From the NCBI RefSeq assembly GCF_009914755.1, contig NC_060936.1: 64,000 nt of DNA. One strand, written 5' to 3'. Under the pieces are notes generated by a model, which was not told the origin of the DNA, did no database searches, and worked only from the letters and a program-made list of their open reading frames with translations. Shown one piece after another: positions 24,530-36,908 of the stretch (the stretch's first letter is position 1; each line of letters begins with the position of its first letter). The position numbers were made by a program, and so were the translations under genes. Origin of the DNA: the human T2T-CHM13v2.0 reference genome, Homo sapiens.

Positions 24530-25515
24530 TATGAACAATCAAATGATCCTCATAAAAATTTTATTGAGGGACGTAAAAACAAGCTACTTGCCCACGACCG
24601 AGGTCGCTCTTTTGCCTTGCCCGCTCTCACCCTGGCTCTCTGCAGACAGAGCCCGGGAGCGACTTTTTGGGGGGAGTGGGGGTGGGGAAGTGTCGCAGAG
24701 ATGGAGTTGGGGGCAAAGGAGGGTGCGCAGGAAGATGGGATGGGGACGCCCCACTTAAGTTGTGTAGATCTCTCCTACACTTCTTCAAGCTGGCAAAGAA
24801 AGATAAATAGATATAGACAATAAATTTAAAATAAAGGCGCCTGTATATCTGTGCCAAAGCAAAGAGAAGACTTCTGAGGCTGCTGATAAAGGTGTATGAG
24901 ATCCTGAGGTTCTACCCCTCCCACCCAGGGACCACCTTCCCCAGGCTTCCCCTACCCCAGATTTGGGGGGCAGAGTTGGCCAGTGGCAGAAGAACGCTCC
25001 CCTTCCCTCCTTCCCTCCCTGTATCTCAGCTTCCCCAGTCCCCTCCCACCCTCCCTCCCTCACCGCCCCTGCTGCTCCTGAAAGAAATACATACATACAC
25101 ACTATTTAAAAACGCATTTTTAAAAGCCACGTTCCGAACTGACAATCGCTGATCTCGGCTCGCGCAGAGACTGCGGGAGCGTCGGGGCCGACAGAGACGG
25201 ATTACGTCAAGAAATAGTTCCTCCACCTACCTCGGTCGGCCTCCCCGCCCCTGCGGGGCTCCCGCGCCCAGCTCGGCCCTGGGGGTCCGAGAACCCTGGC
25301 TTCGGGGACTGGCATTTTCACCCCATTAAAAAATCCTCATGGTTGGGGGGAGGCCATCTGCTTATGGGTGGACATGGGCACAGGGGCTTCTCAGATGAGC
25401 TAGGAGCCGTCCTGAGGGGGTGACCGGTGCCTTGGGTCCAGAGTTCCGGACCCCCAGGAAATCGCAGGTCGCGGGGAGCAGCAGAGAGAAGGGGGTGGGA
25501 GAGGGGGGAAAAAAG
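24530..25515 (-). ncRNA. HOXC-AS1: HOXC-AS1, divergent from the HOXC9 promoter; candidate intron 25078-25230
   Basis: Minus-strand donor GAG|GTAGGT at 25231|25230, acceptor TTTCTTTCAG ending at 25078, and polyA signal TTTATT at 24560-24565, consistent with the recalled location. Confidence 0.55.
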
Positions 25516-25573
25516 GCAAGCAAAAAAAAGCCCCTGCGCATTGATCCGCGCCGTATTTTTGGGTAAATACGAT

Positions 25574-25596
25574 CACGTGGGGGCCGGGGAGCCAAT
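25574..25596 (+). promoter_or_regulatory. HOXC9 promoter E-box and CCAAT box
   Basis: CACGTG 25574-25579; CCAAT 25592-25596. Confidence 0.65.
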
Positions 25597-25710
25597 GAGC
25601 TGTGGGGAAAAGGCTGGAAAAATAATTACCTGACTTGATTGTTCTGTGAGCAGATAAAAAGTACATATACAGTTCATACAATAATCTTATGTATGTAAAA
25701 CCCCGTTACG

Positions 25711-26248
25711 ATGTCGGCGACGGGGCCCATCAGTAACTATTACGTGGACTCGCTCATCTCTCACGACAATGAAGACCTCCTAGCGTCCAGGTTTCCGGCC
25801 ACCGGGGCTCATCCCGCCGCCGCCAGACCCAGCGGTTTGGTGCCGGACTGTAGCGATTTTCCGTCCTGTAGCTTCGCGCCCAAGCCGGCAGTGTTCAGCA
25901 CGTCGTGGGCGCCCGTGCCCTCTCAGTCGTCCGTGGTATATCACCCGTACGGCCCCCAGCCCCACCTCGGCGCCGACACGCGCTACATGCGGACTTGGCT
26001 CGAGCCGCTGTCCGGCGCCGTCTCCTTCCCCAGCTTCCCGGCCGGGGGCCGTCACTACGCCCTCAAGCCGGACGCCTACCCCGGGCGCCGCGCGGACTGC
26101 GGCCCAGGGGAGGGCCGCAGCTACCCGGACTACATGTACGGCTCGCCCGGGGAGCTGCGCGACCGCGCCCCGCAGACACTGCCCTCGCCCGAGGCGGACG
26201 CGCTCGCCGGCAGCAAGCACAAAGAGGAGAAGGCTGACCTGGACCCCA
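25711..26248 (+). CDS. HOXC9: HOXC9 exon 1 coding
   Basis: MSATGPISNYYVDSLISHD...KADLDP; donor A|GTAAGT. With exon 2 gives 260 aa. Confidence 0.98.
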
Positions 26249-26951
26249 GTAAGTTGGGAGCAATTTTCCTTTACAACCGGCGCGGGAGGGGAGGGGAGGA
26301 CGGGCGGGGGCAGCCGAATTACAGCCCTCCCGAACCGTGCAGGGAGCGCGGGAGAGGGGCGAGGGGGCGAGGACTCAATAAAAGCGAATTACCTTGGGGA
26401 GCTTTCAGGGGCAGGAGGTCTGAGAATGGGGCCCAGGGAGACAGGTTGGGAGAGGGCCGAGGGGAGCTCCTCTCTCAGGAGCTGGCTTTGATGAGAGACC
26501 CCTGCCCCCTCCTCCCAGCCCAGGCTTTTTGGCTCAGTCACCACTTTCGAAGAAAGGCGGACAGGGCCAGGGGATGGGGCTGGGGGCGAAGTTCAGTTTA
26601 TGATTTGAGATGGGACAGGGAAGAGGTGAGGAGGACACTGGGGGCACAGAGGAGATACCCCCAGCGAGAATGACCCCTGCTTCCCAGTCAGCGTGGAGGT
26701 CCTCACCCCACTAGAGATTCACAAAACAGAAGGTCCATGGACTTCTCCCCCAGGAGCACTGGGTGAGGGGTCTGAGGTATTTCGAAGCCTGGGAACTTGG
26801 AGAGATCAGGACTTTCAAATAGAAGTGGGGATAAAAGTGGGGTCTGAGCCTCCTTAAACTTGAGAACCCTCTTCTGAGGGTCTTGGAGGGGAAGGATTGA
26901 GAATGGGGATCAGGGATGAGGAGTGGGCATCTCCCCAGATTAGAGAATTCT

Positions 26952-26997
26952 ACACACACACACACACACACACACACTCACTCTCACTCACTCACTC
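26952..26997. repeat. (AC)13 followed by (CTCA)n in the HOXC9 intron
   Basis: Read directly. Confidence 0.9.
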
Positions 26998-27951
26998 CAA
27001 TCAGGGAGACAGGCGCCTTCTGAGGATTGCACAGGAGGGCTAGGGTGGGGGGCAGGTGGGAGCTGCAGGGCCAGAAAAAGGGGAAAGAAGGAGAAACAGC
27101 AGGGGAGGGGGTGCAGACCCCTGGGTGTGAGGAAGTGTCTGGGGGAGTCCCAGGAGGGGGCTGCAGGAAATCTTTTCCTCCAGCCCCATAAGGGGCCAGG
27201 GCCTAATTATACTCCTCTGAAGGCTTCCCTCCCTGCCCTCAGCTACTCCCATAAACCTGAAATTGGAGGCTTGGCTCCTGCAGAGCCTGTCCTGGGGCTG
27301 GCAGGAGGGGGGCACTGGAGGCCAAACAGGAAAACTAAGATATAGGGGAGCCTGTCCCCAAGGCCAGCGGCTCTCTGGGGAGAGGAGAAAGACTTTTCCC
27401 GTCTCAGCATCACCCTGAGAATTCGCCTCAGCAGGGTTGAACTCCAAGCGGGAGGATGGTGCTGCAGAGGGTGGTGAGGGGTTTAGGGATTCTCAGGGTC
27501 AGGAAGCAGAACTGCTAAAATTTCAGGACTTGGTCGTGGGCTGGGAGGATGGGAGGGGGCAGAGGAGGAGGGAGGTGGGGAGGAGAGAGACCTTGCTATA
27601 AAAATAAAAAACAAGAGAGAGAAGCGTTTATGGGCCTATGAAACGGTTGGGAATTTGGACTTTTTATGAGGATATTCTCAAATTACTACTCTTGAAGCTG
27701 AGGACCAGACTAGAGGGGCTTTGATAGCTTTGGATTTCCTACAGTTTTAGGTGCTGGAAACTGAAAAGGGGGAAGCTGGGGAGGGGACAGAATGCAAAAC
27801 GAGGAAGGAGGAAAATTCCTAAAGCAAAATGTGTCCAAATTCAGGTTCAGTTATTGCATTTGGGGAGCCTGGCTAAGTCTAGGGGTAGAGTAGCAGAAGT
27901 CCTGGGCTGGAAAGGGGCTCCACTGACCCCTGCTTGTGTTTGGCCCTCCAG

Positions 27952-28196
27952 GCAACCCCGTGGCCAACTGGATTCACGCCCGCTCCACGAGGAAGAAGCG
28001 CTGCCCCTACACCAAGTACCAGACGCTGGAACTGGAGAAGGAGTTTCTCTTCAATATGTATTTAACCAGGGACCGTCGGTATGAGGTGGCCCGGGTTCTC
28101 AATCTCACCGAGCGGCAGGTCAAAATCTGGTTTCAGAATCGAAGGATGAAGATGAAAAAGATGAATAAAGAGAAAACCGACAAGGAGCAGTCCTAA
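27952..28196 (+). CDS. HOXC9: HOXC9 exon 2 coding (ANW motif and homeodomain)
   Basis: Acceptor CTCCAG|GC; [80 protein letters not shown]. Confidence 0.98.
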
Positions 28197-30914
28197 ACCC
28201 TACCCAGCCTGCTGCCTCAGCACAGCCAAGGGAAAAACAAAAACCCCACAAAATACCCCAACACAGGCGGGGGAGAGACGAAAAAGAAAAGGAAAGAGCA
28301 AGATAGACAAAAGCCAATCAGCTTAAAAAGAAAAACAAGGAAGGGGAAAAGAAAACTCTTGCGATTTGGGAGGGTTCAGTGTTGAGATATTGGTGTTTTA
28401 GAGTTAGTTCTACCCAGCGAGGAGGAGGCGGGGAGAGAAACTGCGTTCTCTTTCCCCAGCGCAACCGAAATAAATGACACATACAAATGTGATTTTTTTC
28501 CTCCTTTCTTCAGAGAAGCCAGTACTTGAATCGCTATATTTCTATTTTTTTTTCCCTGTATCGTATTTGGTCCAGGTCATCCCTCCCCGGGCCTGGGGCG
28601 CTCTGCGTGCAGATTTTGTACAAAAAAAAAAAAGACACACACACATACATGATAATGATTCCCAGCCCAGGAGCTGAGGGGTGAGGGCTGGGGACCATGC
28701 CGCGGGCTGGGTCGGGCCCGTGCAGGCCGGCGCCTTGGGCTGTACATAGTGTTCCCTCTCATCCCCAGGGTTCGTCCCCAGCGTCCGTCCTGTAACGTGC
28801 TTCTGTTTGTTATGGTAGAACAGCCCTGTGTTAATATATTGAAGTCACTTAACCAGAAACCCAACTGTATCCAGTTCTCGTTATTTCTCCTCCCTGTGGT
28901 TCCCAGTCTGCTGTTGTGGAGGAGGCAAGTGCTCAGGTCATCTAGCGGAGGCTGGAGCCAGAGAATGGGCTCCTTCTACCTTGGAAGGGCAAACGTCTGC
29001 TTCTGCAGCTGCTTCTCTCCAGTCAGGGAGGGGTGGGGGGTCTCTGGGGGTGGGGTGGAGGCTGCTGAGGCCCAGGCCCAGCTTGTGCTTTCCCCGGCTG
29101 GCTGCCTACAAGTTTCCTGGTGGCTAGATGGAGTGCGCGGGAGAGGCACGGCATGAATGGCTTTCCTTGGCTGTAATTAATTGTAATAATTTATGAGTAC
29201 ATGAGATTGGAGGGAAGAGATAGGTGAAGATGAAAGTTGGGTGCTGGGTGAGGGCCCAGGCTGGATTCTTGCCTGGCGGCATTGGTGCTTTGGTGCTTCC
29301 AGGGATGGCTGGGAAAGAAGGCTGGGAGGGGGCGTGTGACTAGGAGGAAGGCCAGGCAGGCCTCAGGGAGCAGGACAGGCACTGGGGACTGCAGTGGAAG
29401 AAAAAGAAGAAAAACACAGTGAGAGAGAAGAGATGGGACATGGAAGGAGAGAGGAAAGAAAAGAAGGAAGAAAGGAAAGGAAGGAGGGAAGGAGAAAGAT
29501 GGCAAAGCCAATACAATCAGAATTAGATGTAGTTTCTACTTCTCAATGCAGTCTCAGCTCCTCGATCCCCTTCTCCTAGTTCTTTTCTTCCCAATCTCTG
29601 TCTCCCCTACTCTGGTGTTTAGTTTGAATGTTTGTCTGGGGGTGACTGGGTCACGCTGTGCAGCTGCAGCATTTCTGGGGGATGGTGTGCCCAAGGCCCA
29701 AGGAAGCTGGCCAGAGATTAGCCAGGAGTGGGGTGCTCCCTGGTGGCCGTGGGACCCCAAGCGCAAAGATGTGGGGATGTGTGTGTAACAGTCCGGTGGG
29801 GCTGATCGGCTGTACTGCACCCCAGGGCGCCTTCCTAGAACCAGCAGTTTTAATCTGCTAATCAGAAGCAGACACAAGCTGCCGGGTATGCCTCGGCCCA
29901 GCGCCCCCTTTCTCGGAAATCCCCCAATCTGGAAACTGTTAAAATCAGACTGCTTGAAATATAGTCATTTAATATCTCAAGCTGCCCATTCTGCCAAAGG
30001 TGCAGGGTGTCGCTCTGAATATTTGGGGAGATACTCCGTGAAAAAAAATAGAGACCCAGCCCATGTGCTGCTCCCCGTAGCATCACCTTACAGGATGGTG
30101 AGACACTTGTAGGGACCAGCCCCTTCCCCATCATTTGAATCTCCTACTCTCTCCTTCTATTAAAACTCCAATGTCGGTGGCTGGAGGAGGGTAGGAAGGG
30201 GTGAAAATTTTGTTTCGATAATACTGGGGGGCAATCAAGTCGCAACAAGGGACTTCGCAGTCGCTGAAGCACCAGCTCCTCTTTCGAGCTTAGGAGACCG
30301 CCTCCCCAATTCCAGAAGCATTGTTTTCTTGGTCCATTTGAAAGGTGTTTTGCCTATAGTTTTTCTCCTTCCTCACACCTCTCTTTGGCCATTTTGCTGT
30401 TCTGGAACTCTGACTCCTGTTCCCCACCCAGTGGAGGCCAAGACACCCCTCTCTCCCCTGGTCGGGAGCGCTGGGATGCGGGCTTCTCTCCCAGACCGAG
30501 AGCGGCGTTTCCGGGCTTCCACCCCGCCCCTGCTCCCAGGCCCTGTCGCCTCCCCTCAGCGTCCATCAGCGCGGCCTGCTTCCTGCAGCCGGCCTGAGCG
30601 GCCTTACTGCGGGCAGGAAGGAGGGCCGCGGGCTTGGAGGACCCTGAGGAAAGCATGGGATGCAGAACAGGCCCACCCGGCCCGGCCCACTGTTCAATCC
30701 CAGCCCAGCCTGCAGGTCAGGATTGGAATCATTTTTTATTCGCTATCATTTACGAATTAACAACACAACACGCATCTGGGGAAAGAAATGAAAGCTGGGG
30801 GTAGAGAGGGGCTAGCAAACGCCCTCTTCCCCTAATCTTCCCCTCCCACCTCTCCTCTGCTCCTTTGTCAGAATCACAAAACCCTAAAGATTGTTCCACT
30901 TGAGAAGGCAGCGG

Positions 30915-31110
30915 ATAGGTACATTTCCGCAGCCCCGAAATGCCACTTTTATGGCGCTGTTTGTCTCCCTGTTCTGGGTTCTCAATGGGGCCGAACAAAA
31001 CAGCAGCGCGGAGCTGGCTAGACGTCTGGGCTTAATTGTTTTATGGTTTAAATAAGGTGGACACTTTCCTTTGAAATCGGATTATAGGAATGTTTTGTCT
31101 ATGGCCCACG
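30915..31110 (+). promoter_or_regulatory. Hoxc8 early enhancer (posterior neural tube/mesoderm)
   Basis: About 3.5 kb upstream of HOXC8 with the characteristic motif order: Cdx TTTATGG 30948-30954, forkhead-like TGTTTGT 30958-30964, TTAATTG 31032-31038, second TTTATGG 31040-31046, TCF/LEF CCTTTGAA 31068-31075. Confidence 0.88.
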
Positions 31111-31625
31111 GAGAACAGGACCTCACTGGCTGAGAGGGAGAGGTGGAGAGCGCGCGCGCGAGAGGGATGGGCTACAAACCAGGGGTCAAACAGCCTGGAG
31201 AAGTCCGAGTCCCACCCCAAAGTCCTGCAGGCGGCGGCGGAATAGTCGGTGCGGGGCCAGCATCAGGGTAAGAGGAGGGAGGACTTTAGGGTGCGCGCCG
31301 CGGGCAAGCCGTCGTGGGAGCCTCGGAGCGTGCATCCGCGTTCGCGGAGATGTTCCAAGCCCAGAAATGCGCCTGAATGGGGGGAGATCGCGGCAGTTGC
31401 TTTGCTTAGAGTCTCTTAATTGGAGAAGGGAGGGTAACAAAAAGAGAAAACAGTGTGGAACCTTTCACAAGGTTTTATTTCAAGAACTTAGAAAACAAAA
31501 GAACAGCAGTCCTGGGGCAACTCCCAGGGAATCTCTCTCTTGAGCACCCATCTGGAGGTTCCTTCCTCCCACTTCCCACCTTTGGGGCAAGCCTGGGACC
31601 TCTTGTTAGCTTTTTCCCAGCCGGA

Positions 31626-31659
31626 CTGCATTGGACCAAATGGACGCGAGGTGGCGCTG
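31626..31659 (+). promoter_or_regulatory. CTCF motif with upstream extension, between HOXC9 and HOXC8
   Basis: Core ACGCGAGGTGGCGCTG 31644-31659, preceded by CTGCATT (31626-31632) at a spacing resembling the zinc finger 9-11 upstream motif. Confidence 0.7.
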
Positions 31660-34344
31660 TTGCTCAATGTTAGAGGCGGCGGTGCCCCGGGCCGCCCTGG
31701 CCGCACTGACATTTGAGGCCCGGCCCGCAGCCGCTGCAAGAAGGCCCCGCGCCTCGGCCGGCCCGGCCCCACTGGCTCTGAGCAAATCAATCCTCTCACC
31801 TGCGAGGTGTAAATAATTCGCGAGTGGCAGCGGGAGATGGGCCCTCGATCTGGCAGCGGGCTCGGAAGGCTCAGGAGGGCAGGCATTAAAAATAATCGCT
31901 TTGTGGAGGAGATAAGTGCAAAGCAGGCAGCGCGTAATTAACACAAAAAGGCAGAATGACCCGGACAAACGAACATAAATCCGTGGTACCTATGAGGGCG
32001 GTGCAGGCCTCGGGGAGAGGGACAGAGACGGCCTCGGCGAGGATGGCTGCTTTCGGTTCCTTTATTTCCAGGCTCGGGGAGCGAAATAAACCAGATAACG
32101 TGTAAAAGAAAGCAAACAAACAAATGAAAGAACGGTGAGGGATCCCCAAAAGGGGAAACCAAGTCCGGCCAGGGGTTGCGGGACTGGTGGGCTCTCCGGG
32201 CAGGCGGCGGTGGCGGCACACTCGGGACAGTCGCATTCCAAGACACAAAGCCCCGGAAGAATAGCTCTCTGGCAGGGTTTTCGCTGGACCATAAAATGTC
32301 GAAATATCCCCCCACCCCACCCCCTAAATGATAAGGCGCAGGCCCCAGAGCGGATCCAGCCCTCTGGGCCTCCTTTTTCCAGGCTGGGAAGAGAAAGTAT
32401 TTATGACAGTCTCCAGTGACCCAGATGCTGGGAGCCCAGAGTCCACTCTGTTCATCGCAGCACCCGAAGAGCAGGCTCAGAAAAGGCAGGGCTGGAGCCA
32501 AGGCTGAAGCGAGCTGTGGTACGGGTAGAGACGCCCTGTCCTGACCCCTACTGTTCTGGACCCTAGGGAGGCCTGCAGCCCTGGCACAGCCCTCTTCTGA
32601 CCCTTCCCTCGTGCTGCTCCAATGCCAGAGTTCTGGGTGTCTAAGAGTTTGGGCAGCTCCTGAGATGGGGGTGGGATTCCCCAAATGCAGGGGATCCTGG
32701 AGGGAGCTCTTGCTGCCTGCACCAGTGAATCTCCTTTGGGAATTTGACAGAGAGTGGCCATTTCCCCAGCAATTACTTAGATAATAGGGGGACTGGGTTG
32801 GGTGGGAGGAGGTGTTCATTCTCTCTAAACCATCCTGCCCTGAACCGCCATTCCTTCTTCCATCTCCAGAGCTGGGCTCCGGATGGGGAAGGAAAAGGTC
32901 TGGTTGCCTAACCACCTCCTTCCTCATCCAACCCTGAAACCCCCAGGATGTGGAAGAAAAACAGGTAGCATTTTGCTTTCATAATGCAAAGACCTAAAGA
33001 TGCATCTGTGTTTGTCAGGCATGTATGCATGTGTGCCTGGGTGTGCACATGTGCGTACAGTGTCTGTGAGGTGGCAGGGATGCTTCCAGGCATGTGTGTG
33101 CTAGTTTACACTGAGCATGGACTTGATGTGTCTCAGGGTGAAAAGTAGCACGTACAGTGTGTGTGTGTCCTGAGTGTGCTCTAGGATTTCCTGGGTGTAA
33201 CAGCCTCACACCCTGGTGAGGGAGAGGACTGGAAAAATAATTCTTACTCATCTTTTTCATTCATATGCACACAGCATGCATGTATTCTCACCTTCTCCCT
33301 TTTTCTCTCTGTCTGTGTTAAGCCCAAATCACTGTACACACTTATGGCCAGAGAAGGGTGCTGATGGACTAAGGTTCTTTAATCCATTAGAATTAACTTG
33401 AACGTATTCAGTCTTGGGGATGGGGGAACCCTCCAGAGAAAGTGTGGATAAATATTTAAAGAGTGTCTGTTGATAGTTCCCATCCACATCCTGGCCTGGG
33501 CAGCCTGCCTGGGGAAGAGGGAGCTGCAGTGAAGCCAGGGGCCCCACCAGGCTGAGCTGGCATTTCCTATGGCATGGGGGTATGTGGGGACAAGTAAGAG
33601 GCCTGCTCCAGTCCCCTCCAACTCAGATGCAAATAGTCTCCTAAGAAGAAATGTCCTGAATCAGCCCAGCTAGAAACCAGGGACACACAGCTGCCCTTTC
33701 CTTTTAGTCTCCATAAGCAGCTTTGCTCTCAGAGCCCCTAGCCAAGCTTGTGGCCATTGCCTGGGTTTCCTGCTCCATGCAGGGGCTCGTGTCTGAAGGG
33801 GCAGTGTGGCCCTGACTGGGTATATGGAGTTTTCCCCAGCCCCACCTCCTCTGACCCTCTCCTCTACCCATAGCAGGTAGCAAGAGAGTCTCCTGGATCT
33901 AAGGAAGAAGACAGAACAGCTTCGGACCCTGGGGAGGGGCCAGGGGATGGAGGGTCTGATGCCTGAAGTATTTGGGAGTATGGTGTGCTTGTTCCTCCTC
34001 AAAGTCTCCAGACTTAGGGACCCCCTAGGAAGCCCATCTTTTGGGTTAGGGGCCCTGCTCTGGCTTGCAGGTATTCATCCCCTTGGAGGTCTTATACCTG
34101 TTGAGGTAACCTGGGTTGACCTGCTGGCTCAGGTATCTCTCTCTCTCTGAGAAGAAGGAAAAGAGAAGCGAGGCTGGGGGCGAGAGGCACCTTCACATCT
34201 AAATTCGTACCCTGGAAAACTGGCCCCAGCCATTAGCTGGGGCTGGCTCACCACCCCCCTACACACACCACACACCCCCATCCCTCCCCCTCTCCTCCCC
34301 TCCCCTTCCTCCAGGTCCCCCCAGCCCTGTACCCCTCAACCCCC

Positions 34345-34348
<4 letters not shown>

Positions 34349-34414
<66 letters not shown>
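34349..34414. repeat. (TC)33 microsatellite at the HOXC8 promoter
   Basis: Perfect 66-nt run. Confidence 0.97.
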
Positions 34415-34416
<2 letters not shown>

Positions 34417-34555
34417 CTGTCTTCATGTCGTGGATTGATGAACGCGAATCGCGTGTAAGCGCCGCCACCGCCGGGAGTCTGAGGAATTCGCCTGGGCTGT
34501 TAGAGGAAAGAGCTAAGTGAGAGAGCGCGAGCTCTACCTACCGACAGTGAGGAGC

Positions 34556-34600
34556 GCCGCCGCCGCCGCCGCCCGCTCGCCGCCCGCCGCCGCCGCCGCC
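34556..34600. repeat. Interrupted GCC trinucleotide repeat in the HOXC8 5' region
   Basis: (GCC)6 at 34556-34573 and (GCC)5 at 34586-34600. Confidence 0.92.
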
Positions 34601-34811
34601 CGCGCCCCAGCCCCGGGAGCTCTGCTGATCCGGCCGAGCTCAGCACCGAGGCGCCCCCCAACCTGCCCAGCCCCCAGCCCACCAGCCCAGCCCAGTCCCG
34701 GGGAGCCAGCTGGCCTGGGGTTCGGTCCCGGGGGGAGGGGAGTTTCGGGGGTACTGGGCGGGGTACTCGTGAGCCAGAGGGGAGGGGGCCGCGGGTTTTC
34801 ATGTACCCAGC

Positions 34812-35247
34812 ATGAGCTCCTACTTCGTCAACCCCCTGTTCTCCAAATACAAAGCCGGCGAGTCCCTGGAACCGGCCTATTACGACTGCCGGTTCCCTCA
34901 GAGCGTGGGCAGGAGCCATGCGCTGGTGTACGGGCCCGGCGGCTCGGCGCCCGGCTTCCAGCACGCTTCGCACCACGTTCAAGACTTCTTCCACCACGGC
35001 ACCTCCGGCATCTCCAACTCAGGCTACCAGCAGAACCCGTGCTCGCTTAGCTGCCACGGAGACGCCTCCAAATTCTATGGCTACGAGGCGCTCCCCAGAC
35101 AGTCCCTTTATGGGGCTCAGCAAGAGGCGAGCGTGGTGCAATATCCCGACTGTAAATCCTCCGCCAACACTAACAGTAGCGAAGGACAAGGCCACTTAAA
35201 TCAAAACTCGTCTCCCAGCCTCATGTTTCCATGGATGAGACCCCACG
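34812..35247 (+). CDS. HOXC8: HOXC8 exon 1 coding
   Basis: MSSYFVNPLFSKYKAGESLEP...MFPWMRPH hexapeptide; donor G|GTGAGA. With exon 2 gives 242 aa. Confidence 0.98.
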
Positions 35248-36615
35248 GTGAGAAGCCTTTTCTCTTTCCCCCTTGGTCTCCCGCGCTCCAGGGTTTCCCC
35301 CCCTCCCTCGCCTCCTTTTTGTCTGCCCTCGCTTTTTCTCCTGGCTTTGGGGTCTCTCCCGCCCCACCCCCGTGCCTGTGCCTGGGTGGTTTTCTCGAAG
35401 TTGGGAAGGCTCCGCTGGGGCGGGGCAGGGAGGGGGTGCCTAGAACATTTAGGGGATTGGGGTGAAGGTGAGAGAAAGCTGGTGTGTGGCCGCAAAGGGT
35501 TAAAAATCGTTTTCTCCATCTCTGTCTGTCTGTCTCTCTCTGACTCTCCCACTCCCCATCTCTAAAGTCAAAGTTGGGGAGGTGGCTGGGAATGGTACCC
35601 TGAGTACCCTGAGACTGTCAGCCTTTGGAACAAACCAGTTTCTCCAGAGGCAGGGAGCCTGGAGTCCAGGACACTGGCCAGGCTGTCTTGGGGCAAAGGG
35701 AGACAGACCCCTGTTGCTCTGCCCTAGCCAGAGTGTGGTGAGACTCTAAGGACAGGCTCTCTGGCTCTCTAGGGCACCCATAACCTCCTCTCAGAGAACC
35801 AGCCTGAGGGCCACTACCCCAACTTTTTTATACTTCCCCCAGTTGGGAGAAGACGGGGGAGCCTGAGAGGAGGGGGAAAAAAGAGTGCTCAAAAGGAGAG
35901 AGGCCATAGAGATTAGGGGTTCCTGAGGTCCAGAAGACCCTAGCCGCCCCCCCAATCAAGGACTTGTGGGGTCTCCCTGAGACCTGCAGAGTAGCTTAGG
36001 TCATGAGCCCCTCCAAGGGTGGCCCCTCATGGCCCAATTTCGAAGTACAGGGGGAAGCGATAAAGCGACAAGTTCCGGCGGGGATGGCCCATGATTTATT
36101 TGCTGGTCTCCAGTTAGCAATCAGGCGGAGCGGTGACACATTCCAGCAGATCAATTATTTTTCTTATTGGAAAAGCATTAGGCAGAGAGAGACAAGGAGA
36201 GGGCAGTGGGCAGAGCCCCTCTTCTTTACCCCCAGCTTTTTTTCCTTTCTTTTGGAAACAGTCTGTCCCCAGCCTCGCTCACTAAATGCCCTGCTGCACT
36301 TGTAAACAAAGCTGCAAAGGCCAGTTCCTAGGATTACAGGCCTGGTGGGGGGGATTCTACAGGGCTCCCCAGCCCCTGAAAGGCCCCAGTTTCCAAACAG
36401 ACCCTAGCCCCCACCCCCACCCCACCTCCCAAGGTGAAGCCAAACAAAAACAATCCCCCAACTTTTCTGCCCTTGTCTGCCTTCTGCTCTAGCCTTTTCC
36501 ATAGAGGGGAGGCGAACTGAGGAGATCAGAGAGGGGAGTTTAGAGTAGGAAGAGTGGCAAAGGAAAACCAAGCCCCCATCCAAACGTAACCAGACTGGGG
36601 TTTTCTTCTGTCCAG

Positions 36616-36908
36616 CTCCGGGGAGGCGCAGTGGACGGCAAACTTACAGCCGGTATCAGACCTTGGAACTAGAAAAGGAGTTTCTCTTTAATCCTTATTT
36701 GACACGAAAACGTCGGATTGAAGTCTCTCATGCCCTGGGACTGACCGAGAGACAAGTGAAGATCTGGTTCCAGAACCGAAGGATGAAGTGGAAAAAGGAG
36801 AACAACAAGGATAAACTGCCGGGAGCCCGAGATGAGGAGAAGGTGGAGGAAGAAGGAAATGAGGAAGAGGAGAAAGAAGAGGAGGAAAAGGAAGAAAACA
36901 AGGACTAA
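36616..36908 (+). CDS. HOXC8: HOXC8 exon 2 coding (homeodomain and acidic tail)
   Basis: Acceptor TTCTGTCCAG|CT; [69 protein letters not shown]...[10 protein letters not shown]. Confidence 0.98.

Noticed and set aside
31938-32927. 329-aa minus-strand ORF between HOXC9 and HOXC8
   Set aside because: No domain or family resemblance; compatible with chance in GC-rich DNA. PhyloCSF or Ribo-seq would be needed to revive it.
34517-35050. 177-aa GTG-initiated poly-Ala ORF overlapping HOXC8
   Set aside because: Arises from GCC repeats and a non-AUG start; no support for translation.
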